From assembly GCA_905331295.1 (NCBI GenBank), contig CAJNYD010000373.1, forward strand, positions 124,001 to 159,368: a stretch of DNA of 35,368 bases. The letters are read 5' to 3'. The notes under the pieces were generated by a model that was not told the origin of the DNA, made no database searches, and saw only the letters and a program-made list of their open reading frames with translations. The DNA comes from Rotaria socialis (Eukaryota). Below, piece after piece: positions 1-12,304 of this stretch (its first letter is position 1; each line of letters starts with the position of its first letter). Position numbers and translations under genes: made by a program.

Positions 1-3000
1 ACTAAGTCAAATAGTTGATGCATCGTATTTGTATAATTTATATTTAATAGATGATTCGAAGAAATAGACAATGATTTTGTAGTAGTCGAATTTTTTAATG
101 TCATTTGTAACGGCCACACTTCAATAAACGGCTCATAACCAGATAACAAACGATTATAATAATCAATATTTACTTGACAATCTGCTTGTTGTATACGATG
201 TGTTCCATATTCGATTATATTTAATTTAATTGATGCAAAATTTAAATTTAATAATGGAATATTTGCATTAAGACAATCATCAATTAAACAAAGACTTATT
301 TGTTCACATGAAAATTTCATTGAGTGAACATTTAAAAATAATTTTGATTGTTTTTCATTATCGATTTCTTCTGTAGACATTGGTTTTTCTTGATTTAATG
401 GCATTGTAGTTGAACGAATACGTAAATCAGTATATGAATCGTCGAAAGAAGGTTCGATTGAAAATTCACTATCTACTGATGGACGTTTTACTGGCTGATT
501 TATTTGATATTTAGGTATAATATCACGTGTTTGCGCTTGATCGATTTGATTTTTTATTGATTGAAACATATATAACATTAGCTTAACATCGGAATATGAT
601 AGACGGATAAATAATTGTGGTAAATTAACTTCAAATACATGTTGATCTTTTTCGGCTGTTAAATGTATATTAAATGTTATATTAATCGGTTCAATAATTG
701 ATACAGCTGTAGATTGTATATTATTCATTTGGCATGAAAATAAAGTCACATTAAATAGATTGCACTCTAATGGACGTTGACGCATTGTTTCTCGGTAGGT
801 TAAAGTCATAATACCACTTAGAACAAGTGCATTCGACTGTTGATTATTGGTTGTTTGAACAAGAACTAGTTCGGATTGATTAAAATTTAAACGCATTTCA
901 AATCTTTTTTTTGCTTGAACTATCATCGATGTCGATGATGTTGATGAATTTGATTGCATTGGAATTTGTTGAAATGAACTAAGAAAATCATTTAATTTAA
1001 GTAACCAATCAACAATGAATAATACTCTTGTATGATTTAATACAATTGTATATTTATCATCAGTTTTTGTTGTTAATAAATGTATTTCTAATTGCATATT
1101 ACTTTCACTTGTTGACATCGATGATGATGATGTCAGTATATCACGAAATTCATTGCTGTTATTATTTTCCGTTCTTGTGTCATTTAATTTAATTGATGAA
1201 CATGTTAAATCAAGTACTTGATTATTATTTGAACATTTTTCAAATGAAAAATACGATTTTATAAATGCACAATAGCCTAGCGAATTACGCTTGGATTCCT
1301 GCGGTGTAAATATTTCAAAGCCGACATTATCCATTTGTACAATAAATAACAGATCAAGATAGACATCGCCCGTTAAAATTGTTGATACACATAGTGGATC
1401 ATCGTTCATCATAGCTAATCGTGTTGGTTGTTCTAATGGTTCACCTATATTATATGCAAGTATACCACGTATGAGAGAATATTGATATGTATCAAGAAGT
1501 ATATCTACTGAAGATAAATCAGCTTTAACACTATATGTTGGTGATGCATGACTTAGTGAATTATCAAGATTACGTTCAACATGAATATTTAAATAACAAC
1601 GTTCGCGTAACATCGACGACAGATCATTTTGTATTGTATGAAAACCGAAATCTGAGAATTTTACAGTTAATTGTGTATTTGAATCTGATTTCGAATAAAC
1701 AGCTGAATAAAGTAGTGTATCTTGAAATTGTATGGATATAACATCAAGTAAACATGTTGAAACTTTTGGTTTATTCATAATTGAACTTAATGTGCCCGGT
1801 TCGTTTTCAACAAGAAAACGATTTTTTATTATTATATTACCAAGATGAAGAATAATAACACGTTTATTTAAAGCATATTCAGGTAGAATAAGTATAGGAC
1901 TTTCAGCTTCAATATCAAGTTCAACACCAGTTGATCGCCCTGCTGAACAAGATATACTTTGACCGGCGGCAGCTGATCGTATTCGATTATAACATTCTTG
2001 AGCATGATGAAAACGATCAAAAAAATGTATAAGATCCATTAGAAAACGTTGAGTATGAATATATTGCACAGATGTCATACGTAAATAAAGTTGTAAACGC
2101 GATGGAAAATTTGATGGGGTTATTGGAATAAGATCTTCTTGTTTTGTATATGCAAATACAAGAGCATTGGTACCGCTTGTACAAAAACGTTCTGCATACA
2201 ATTGACCAAATGATGATAAATCATAGATGGATACAGATCCAAGTTTACCATGAATCTTAAGAGTTTTCAATGCTTTTTCGATTGTAAGAAAATTTTGAAT
2301 TTGACAATCAAAACGTTGCAAAGAAATGCGTATGGGAGGTATATCATTATCTTGAAGTAAACATGATACTGCGTCGACTTGAATATTTATCTGCATGAAA
2401 TCCGTGTCGGATGTTGGTTTAAATTCTTTACTTTCTCGATTGTCTAAACAAACAAGATCAGTAAACGTTACAAACGTACTTCAGACAATTCATCATTATT
2501 CGAATACGTATGAATTGAAGACTACTGAAGAGGATACAAGTTTTACTTTATTTTTCTCGAAATTCTTATTGATTATTTGAGTCTCGATATAAGTGAATAC
2601 TAAAGAAATGACTTCACAATTCATTCAAAATTGTATTCATCGGGTGTGACTGTCTCAAAACTTTTGAAGTCTTTATGTTTCAAAGAGAAAATCGCATTGT
2701 AATAAATAATTCTTAAGTTTTGCCATTGAATAGATAGAGCTATTTATCACTAAGCTACACAAATGCTCTATGAATGTCTTAGTTCAAAAACCTCATTTCA
2801 AACCGTCAGGTACGTTCACGTGGAAAGAGAAATGTAGACTAAGAAAGTTTCTATGATTGCAGTGTTATTTTAGCGTTTATTACCTGCCAATGCAGGCGCA
2901 GATCCTCCTCCAATCAAACCAATAATATCAAATAACATAACCCATGTTGAAATAATAAATTTAATATCAACTTCTCCAAATTGCGCGTCAGCTTTAATAC

Positions 3001-6000
3001 AAAATCCATCAAATAATTCATGTCTTTTATCCATCACTGTAATATTTATATCAATAAATGCTGATGGCGCTAATGAATTTGCTGTCAGTGAAGTTGCCGA
3101 TGATGATGATGATAATGACTTTAATGTCCAAGTTGAACTTTCATTCGTAACCATATATGTTGGTACTGAATTCGAAGAAAAACTTTGATGCATTTGATAG
3201 TTTTCTCTAGGAAATGACGATGAAATTCTGTGACCAGTTGAAAAGCTAATTGATGTTGAAGTTTTTCGACAACGTGTTGAAAAAAGACATTGATCAGATT
3301 TAATTAAATAATCATTAATATGAAGCGAATTAAGACGGAGTGAAATATTTTTACAAAATCGATGTTGCTGTTCAATAGACATTTGAAATTGTCCAAATAC
3401 AGCTTCACATACTTTAGTTGGTTTTAAATTTAGATCAGCGAGAAAGACAATAGTTAATTCTGGTAGTTGAAAATGTATTGCGAATGTTTTAAATTTTGTT
3501 TGCAACGATTTTTCATTTAATGGGAATGCATTTTCTCCTTCATCGAATAATAATAGTGAATCATCATCAGATAGATTTGTAATTGATGCGTCCATTTCAT
3601 TCATTTCATCGTTTTCATTATACGTTAATGAACTAATTATATTTTGCAATAGTGTTATCTGTTGTTTACCAAGAAACATCTGAACTGATGAAACTAATTT
3701 TGAATCAATTGTTGTTGACGTATCAGTTAAATTGAGATTAAGATGTATTGATAAGTTATCGAGTATAGGTAGTGTTAAATGAGGATTTTTATACATTTTC
3801 AATAAATTTATTCCTTGATTATGACGAAATTCGTGTTCAAGATCAATAGAAAAGAAATGTAGATCATTGATTTTAATTTCATAGTTCGATGCATGATTTT
3901 CTGAATTTTCAATATGTATATCACCAAGATGAAAAACAAGTCGATTATTTGTAAAGTTTAGTTTCGATTGAGGTCGAAAGATAAGAATTGGGGTAGCAAG
4001 AATGATATTTAAATTTAATTGAGGTGCTGGTTTTTCGGTTTCCAGAACTAAAAATAGAAAGAGAAATTCATTGTTACTGAATTAAATCTTGAGTTTTAAT
4101 AAAAGAAGAAGAATATATTTAACAACAAAAACGTCGAAATCGATATTTAGAGCTCTGTTACAGCCAAAAATTTGAACTTGGGAAAAGGTTTTTCTACAGA
4201 AGTTGTATTATCCTAGTATTCGTCAAATGAATAAATTAACAATAGAAACAAATTTCGATACAACGAGACGCTAGCGAGCTCTCTAATTATGATATGTTTT
4301 GATAGAAACAAAGAAAACTGATATTTTTCGGTGTAGTAGGACTCGGGTTCTCTGCTAATTTTCGTTTTTAAAGTCTTTTAGTAGGTATAATTTCATGCAT
4401 TTTAGACAGCTTTTTTTTATAGTCTATAGATCAGTGGATTATTAGTCAGTGCTTAGCATAAGAATGTAGAATTATATTTATCTAGTTGATTGTTTTCATC
4501 AATTAAATATTCTGAAGAAATTAGCTCATTTTCTTTAAACATAGTACATCAAACTGTTTTTGTAGTTGATTAGTTATGTGTAAATATTTATATCATAGAA
4601 AGTTCATAATCCTAGTTATACATTCTTGCCAGAATAAATAAACTATGCCTTGATAATAAATATTTGCAAAAAACAAGCATGTGTGATCAAGAAAAAGTAT
4701 CGTTAAATATTGTCTGCGTTGTCTACGCCTATAAATACTTTTACAGTGCTGATATTTTCGGCTTTTCATATTTTAGAACGTAGAGAAGTGAATTGCATAG
4801 GAAAAAATATCTATGACAGAAATAATCAAGTCATGGATGCACGCAAAAAATACAACGGAAGACTCTATGATCAATTTCAAGTTTGATATTTATTTTAAAT
4901 CTTACCAGATTCTGTTGAAAGCACATATTGATTAAGTAACATAGATCCTTGTTTGATTACATTTTTTTTCATCTTTTCCATTTCGATTGCTGCAGTCGAA
5001 TGGCAATGTTCAGCCATATAATCAAAAATTTTTTCAATCTTATAAAGAATTTTGGGTGAATGTGTATAACACACTGATGCCATTTCAATGAGTAAATCTT
5101 CAATTTTATTATTACTATTGCCATCTTTTTGTTGCCTATATAAAAGATGAAATGCTTTACTTGGTAAAACTTCATCATGATCGATACTTTTGTCATCGAT
5201 ACCAAGATTGACAATCGCACTTGATTCTTCCGTGTATGTTAATGATAATGAATCAGGTAGAAGATTAAATATTTGCAATGAACATATTTCTGCTTCGATC
5301 ATTGTTGATGGCTCAATAAAAATATTCAATGATGCTTGTTTAATAGTTGCTGCAGCGATTTTCTCTAGTTTACTTCCAATAAATCTATTGTCCGATAATT
5401 TTTTCGTCAAAACATTCGTACATAATATACTTAATTCTTGAAATTCACTATTTATCTGAAATTTAGTTCTATTATTCTTCTTCACAATTGATGCCACTTT
5501 GTTTTCTTCACTATAATTTTGTCGTAGAATTGTTTTCATTGAATAAATAATATTAACAATAAAATTTATTAATATTGATAATGTTTCAGGATTAAAAACA
5601 AAATGTAATTTATTAACATGTATATCAACTTTTAAACAGTTCTCATTTTTAGCGACATCATTTAATGATTGAATATTAATACGTATTAAATATTCATTCT
5701 CGATATCTGATGAGATTGTATGTGATTCATACAATGTACCAGTTTGCGTATTTATGTCTAACGCACGATTACTTGTTAATAATAATTCATAATCTTTTCC
5801 ATGATTTTGTATTGCATCAACAATCATTAATGTGTGAACGCTAAATGATAAAATATTTGAATTAACATGATTTATTAATGTTAAATCAATATTTTGTATT
5901 CGAACTTCAGATAGTGCACGTGAATCATCACTTAATTGTACACTTATTTCATTAATAGAAAAGCTCAATGCTAAACGTGGAGTCAAATCATCAATTGTGG

Positions 6001-9000
6001 TTTGATTATTTTTTATATCGGATTTATTTGAGACAATGGTTGATGTTAAATTTTCAATAAATGAACCCCAATTATTTATTGTGCCACATAGAGTTTCAAT
6101 ACGAGATGGATCAAGATGTATGATGATCTTTGGCAATGTGCCAGATACTTTTATTAGTGGCCATAGAAAATCAAATGTTTGTATTGTACGATATTGAATT
6201 AAAAAGCAAAAACCAAATTTTTCAATAACCGATGATAAATTATTTTTCGATTGATTATTTGAATATGTTAAATAACCTAATTGCATATCGCATAGTGATA
6301 ATGAAAATGGTGTATAGATAAGATTTTCATCGGCATGTGTTGGCGATATACTCTGTTCTCGATGAACGTTATTAATTGGATAGTTTGTTGTTTCTAATTC
6401 AAGAGGATTATCAGTTGCTGTTGGCGAGCTATCTGGTGTAACAAATTCTTCATCATCATCTTCAACTGGTGTCGAAGGATTCTGTTCATTGAAAAAATAA
6501 GGACGTTGTTGAAAAAAAGTATTGATTGATAATGGAGCAAGCGAATCATTGGTATGCATATTACAATTTTTTAATGGACATGAAGATTTTTTATATTCAT
6601 CATTGATAAAAGTTAAATAACCAAAATCCATAATGAGTGCACGATCAGATGATTGAGGAACAATCATTTGTGGTGCACAAATATCAAGATAAATATCGAA
6701 TTTCTTTTTATGGCGCCGTTGACCTTGTTTAATATTTTTTACATTTGACGACGTCATTTTCGTTGGTGTCTGAGAAAATATTTGTTCAAATGCAGACTTT
6801 AATTGTTTTGCTGTACGATCTTTTAAGTGTGTCCAATGTTGAAAAATTGATGATGATGATGATGATAATGGAGTTGAAGAGGGTTCAATAAACGCCGAGA
6901 CGAAAAAATCACGTAAACGTTCAAAAGATATTGGACAACAAACAAAACAAAGGCCACGACTACGAACAGCAAGAGAGAATGAAAGACGTTTTTCTTTTGG
7001 TTTTTGTGATCGAGGATTGGTTTCATAGGAAACTTCAATCACGGGAGCACGTTGTGAACCAAGCGATGCTCTAAATTAAATGGAATTATAAATTAAAAAA
7101 TATAAATCTTTTTTTAAATATTTTGGAAAACTAACACGTTCATATCATGATTATTTGTATTTTAATAGAAAGAAAATCGAACAAATCTATTCTATCTTGA
7201 TATCTTTGGAAACATATTCAAGATGAATGTAAACGATACGATCTGTTTGACAGTGAATCACCTATATCGCGAATAGGTATTATAACATTATTAAAATTAT
7301 TTATCTTCTTTTTATCAAGTTTTAAATATACTAGTATTGATTTCTATACCAATTACAGTAGAGTAGATAATTTATCAGACGTCAAAAAGAATAATAACTC
7401 GCGTACGATTTTAAAATTCTTATATCACAAATATGATATTGTAATTGTATTCGGAAAAACCTAGATGAACTTAGAGATGTTTTTGAAAGTATTAAATATT
7501 AAGAGTTCAAGATTCAATGAGTATGTTTCATTACTCTCGTTGAAACTATACCTACTATAACTGTTATTAGGATCGACGGGAGACAAAAAATCTTATTGAA
7601 AAAGTTGCTATTGATGATTATTAACTTACTCGTGTGGTCGTTGTTTTGGACAAACAATATTCGAAAAAGCATCTGTTCGAAAACGATCACATATATTTAA
7701 ATCATCTAATCGTAAATAGAAAAGTAACGATTGATGTCTTGGTCGTAATTCTATTAATACTGAAACGTTATCCAATGAAAAATGAAACATTATATCACTG
7801 TCAGATAATAAATCTATTTGTACTGATTTGACTAGGAATTTCAAGCGTAAATATAAAGCATCTCGACGATTTTGTGCTAAATCTTGATCTTCTAATGATT
7901 GTGCTATGAATGTATTAACTTGTTCTTGTAATTTTTCATCATTCTCATTTAAAGATATGATCGGTGTTGTCGATATTGCAGTTGCTTGATTGGCATCTGT
8001 GGGTGTTGTTGTTTTCCATAAATCCACTGTTTTTGAACTAATCCAGTTCGCATAACTCATATACCATGAACTTGCTGATTCCATATTTGTTGACTGTTGT
8101 TTATTATTATTAGCCAATGAAAGTTGTTCATTAGCACGCGTACGAAAAATAACTCGACGAATTCTGGTTAAACAATCAAGATCAAAATCCATTTCAATAT
8201 CATTCAAAATTAAACGATCGGCGGGAGTAAAATTACTAATTGTTGAACGTTTTAAATATTTATTATCAAGATATAACCGATATAAACGTTTATATATTAC
8301 TATTTGTTTCAAGCGTTTATTTAATAAAACTGAATTAAACCAAAAATTTGTTGTTGTATGTGTTTGATCATTTGATATAGGCACTTTTAAATAATTTTGT
8401 GTTCGTATAATAACTAAAGTTATATAACGCCACCATAGTTTAACTGAAGTTTTCGATATTTTCTTAGTTGGTCTACTGGGATCGTTAATAAATTTTCTAT
8501 GTGTATTCGAATAGTGAATAAAACGAATAACATCCGATAGAATTCGTATTTGATCAACACTCGATTTTAAACTTAAATCATTAAATGTCCATTCAAGTTC
8601 ATAACGTGGTTGTTGTCGATTAATTAATGCTGAACGTATATAATTATGTGTTAAATATATTGTTATTGAATTTGATGGTAAAAGAATATAGGAATGTGCT
8701 GATGAATCATCGCTTCTACTCGTATTTGAATCAATATAAAGTGCAAGATTATGTACTTGAAATGTTTTCCTATTCATATTTTCATTTGATAATTCATTTG
8801 ATATTTGAATATTATCAAATGATAATCCAACTGTATACGGAATATTATCGGATGTAAAACTTTCGTAGCTAATATGCAGATCAATGATTTGTACTTGAAG
8901 TTTCTCTAAAAATGATAGTACTAGACGTCTTATACTCCATGATGATGATTTAACTTCTCCGAGATATTCAAATTCTTTTTCTAATTGTTGTTCAGATAAA

Positions 9001-9380
9001 TCTAGATGATTTCGTTTTTTAACTATTTCATTTTCTTCGGTAAACTCTTCTTGTGGATCTTCGTTATCATCAAGAATAACTGGTTTTATTATGGCACGAA
9101 CATGTTCTATTAGAATTGTTAATGCTGGTGATGATGAACGAAAAAATAATGAACTCCATAAAAATGAACATTGAATTTTCCCCACATGTAAAGATTCGAT
9201 TTCGATTGGTAGTTTTAATTTTTTTCGAATATCATTATTGAGTGTTGTTTTATTGAATGTTAAATTTTCCACAACAATCGGTCGACCATACAGTAATTGA
9301 ACTGATAATTGATCAGCATTTATATCAACGTAACGAGCAACATAACCTTTTAGTAGTGCAGCTATAACCGCTTCAAACAT
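1..9380 (-). CDS. VPS13D: Vacuolar protein sorting 13D (bridge-like lipid transfer protein); 5' part only, runs off the window. Exons 9380-7630, 7070-4906, 4047-2884, 2443-<1
   Basis: Chorein-like N-terminus MFEAVIAALLKGYVARYVDINADQLSVQL. GT-AG junctions keep the frame (RPHE|ASLG, ESV|LET, LAD|NRE). The last exon, translated by hand, has VPS13D-like motifs ELDIEAESPILILPE, YSLIRGILAYNIGEP, IRLSYSDVKL, LCLIDDCLNANIPL and YYNRLLSGYEPFIE. Confidence 0.9.
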
Positions 9381-10733
9381 GCGAATAGTTTAATTGAATT
9401 AATCAAAATACTAATTCAAAATTTAAATCTACAATATGTAGACTATAGAAATATATACAGCGACAATATAATTTTTTATATCAGTAAGATTATATTTCGA
9501 AAAGTAAACCGTGAGTTTAGAAGAGATTCAGAAACGATATAATCAAAATGATACTGTAAAATTCAAGTACAAACTCTCGTTAATATAGATATATGAATAG
9601 GATGAATGAAATTAGAAGTTTCATTGTATCAATAGAGCGAGAACATGATATTTCTAATAATGATTGTTTCAATTTAATTCCATTACGAATAGGTTCTCGT
9701 AAACTCAATTGGTCTTTCAGTTTTGTTAAGTATATCGATGCGTTATGAATAAAACATACGTATTCCAAAATTTCAAAACGAATGGTATGGTTTTGAGAAG
9801 ATCGACTATCGTTGATCGTTTTTTCTGTAGAGTGGACATTCACATTGGTAACAGAATGATATTTTCGAATTATTCACTAAAGCCTTACTCAAATAAAGGT
9901 TTCAGTTGCACTCTAATTACATAAATGCAACATTTCTTTTTGTCGCTTGGTCTTCTTATGATAGGGACCTATCAATCTATCTTTCATGTTCTATAAATTA
10001 TACAATCAAAATATATTATTTGAAAGGTTAATATCTAGAAAATAGTTAATCCTAAATTTTTGCTTCTTCTTGTTTGTATTCAAATCGAAGTACCATACTG
10101 TTGTAAATAACAGATCCTCCAGAAATGATTGATATTATTTTCACAAACAATTTTTTTCGGATGAAATTACAAATTGGTTAACACAGTACTAATCGGGCAA
10201 ACTAAATCATAATTACTTTATCATTTAATCGATCGTGAGAAAAACATAAATAATGTATTTTGCTTTATATTAATAATAACTAGTAATAAAACATTTATAT
10301 ACAATGATATAATTTTCGAACAATTTTATATTCATTCATTTTTGATAGGGTAAACGAACAGTATAAAGAGAAGCAAGATTATCTGCATTTACAAGTCAAG
10401 TGAAAAAGGCACTTGTTCTGTAAAACAAAAAACGAAAGAGAGCTTGAAGCCAGCAAACAAAAACAAAAACCTGAGAATCAGTATGATTATATAAACGCGC
10501 ACATGTCTATTGCACTCAATTTTGCGAGAAAAAAACTTGGACTCGTACATCTGACTTATTATCATTCGTTGAAAGATTCGACTCATATAGATCTGCTCAT
10601 TTGAATAAGAATTAAATGTAAAAAAACAAAAAAAGAAACAAATATCGAGGAAAATTTTGATTCTCTACCCACACACTATAGTACGTATAAAGAAAGAAAA
10701 CGAAAAGAAATCTTATCCATCAAATAATATTGT

Positions 10734-11946
10734 CTAGCCATGATTGAGCTTTGATGTTTCAATTTCTTCACGAATGGCTTCTTCGTAATCGCACAATTTT
10801 CGGCCATCTTTTATATGTGCATAATTGGCCACAAGAGAACAAAGAAAATGAATCTACAATAATATTTAGTTAAAAACAGAGTTAATAAAAAATAATGATA
10901 TTAGTCATTCTTACCAAACCCATAACAACCAGAAATGAACCAACTAAAGCTCCTATATATTGGTATGCATGATTAGTCTAAAATAAAGTATTGATTGCTC
11001 CTCATTGAGTTATTTTTTTCAGGAAGCAAAAAACTTATTTTACCAGTGTACACAAATCTTTGAATCGATCTTGACAAATTTTTACATCAGGTTTTTGTTT
11101 TGGTACAGGAATTCCATAACTTCCTGGTGTAAGACAAGATACTATTGGCGAGCTAGTTTGTTCAACAGATGCAATCCATTTCGGAAATGCTTCATCACAA
11201 CGAGATTTAAGAATATATACACTCATACAAGGTATAACTAATGTTAGCATAGCAAATAACCAAATGAGTAATAAACCATAAACAATCATTGAAAACTAAA
11301 ATAGATTGATATGATTGTATGTTTGTTACTTATCAAGGTTATGATTTTCATAGAAACTTACAAAACCAGTTGCGATACGTCCTCCAAGACGAGAACGAAA
11401 TCCTGTATACACTTGATGACGTGTAGCACCTGTAGCCAATGATCCGACAATAAGTAAAATCAATGAAAATCCACCCATTATTGCTAAAACGAAGATAGCA
11501 GCTAAACGTAGAATGCGAATCCTATAAAAAAATTTAAAAAAAGCAAATATTTGAATTGTTACAATTATTCTATATTCTACCAATCAGGATCAATATATTC
11601 AATTCCAAATGTATCATTGACTCGTCGAATTGTTTTTTGTAGTGGATCAAATAAACATGCACAACAAAGCGCCGTACCAATTAATGTTAACAAAAATGCG
11701 AAGAATGATGGAAATGGACAATTTTCACAACAACCGAGACAATCTATACAATAGAAAGTTTACAAAAGACAAATTGAAATTTCATCAACGCACTTTTCTC
11801 TTTATAATTGCCGTCAGACAATGTTTGTTCAGACCAAAGTTCTCGACTTCGATCAGCAAAACGACTGACATCATCTATAATGACAAAAAGAAATAATCAT
11901 ATATTGTATATTTTACCAATCAATACTTACGATCACGAACAACCAT
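10734..11946 (-). CDS. M6 / myelin proteolipid protein (PLP/GPM6) family tetraspan protein, 7 exons: 11946-11931, 11874-11794 (or 11812), 11743-11581, 11521-11362, 11295-11044, 10977-10915, 10853-10734
   Basis: The spliced translation has CLGCCENCPFPSFFAFLLTLIGTALCCAC, GSLATGATRHQVYTGFRSRLGGRI and IHFLCSLVANYAHIKD, which match invertebrate M6 motifs as recalled. Four hydrophobic segments. TAG at 10736-10734. Confidence 0.88.
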
Positions 11947-12021
11947 TTTGTTTTAATGAAAACAAGAGTACGAAATACAAAGGTTTTGCTTTATCACCGA
12001 CTGATCGAAGGAATAAATGTT

Positions 12022-12049
12022 GACTGACAGACCGACAGACAGACTGACT
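12022..12049. repeat. Imperfect tetranucleotide microsatellite (GACN)7 in the divergent M6/SPIN90 intergenic region
   Basis: gactgacagaccgacagacagactgact read directly. Confidence 0.7.
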
Positions 12050-12304
12050 AAATAAACAAACGATCACATACGCAAGCAAGAAACCAATTTAGCTAGCAAG
12101 CAAATATAGAAAGACAAAGACTATGATTGATCAATTTTTTGTGCCAATCAAATTCTATGTTATGCAAAGACACCATTTTTCTTTTTTATAACGCTACAGT
12201 TGTTATCTGACAAAAAAAAACATTCTTGGCGACAAGTTTATAGAGACTTCATCGGGCGTTATTCATATGTTTTTCTCTTGATCATATCTATTGAAATTCG
12301 TATA

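Noticed and set aside
4148..4285. TAGAGCTC...GAGCTCTCTA inverted repeat in VPS13D intron 2 as a MITE
   Set aside because: The ends align only with a gap and no target-site duplication is present
1535..8857. Short ORF-track entries overlapping VPS13D (e.g. 1535-1741, 5190-5441, 7634-7831, 8627-8857)
   Set aside because: Antisense or off-frame shadows of the real exons with no recognisable motifs
9580..10604. ORFs between VPS13D and M6
   Set aside because: Low-complexity AT-rich UTR or intergenic sequence with no splice-consistent gene model
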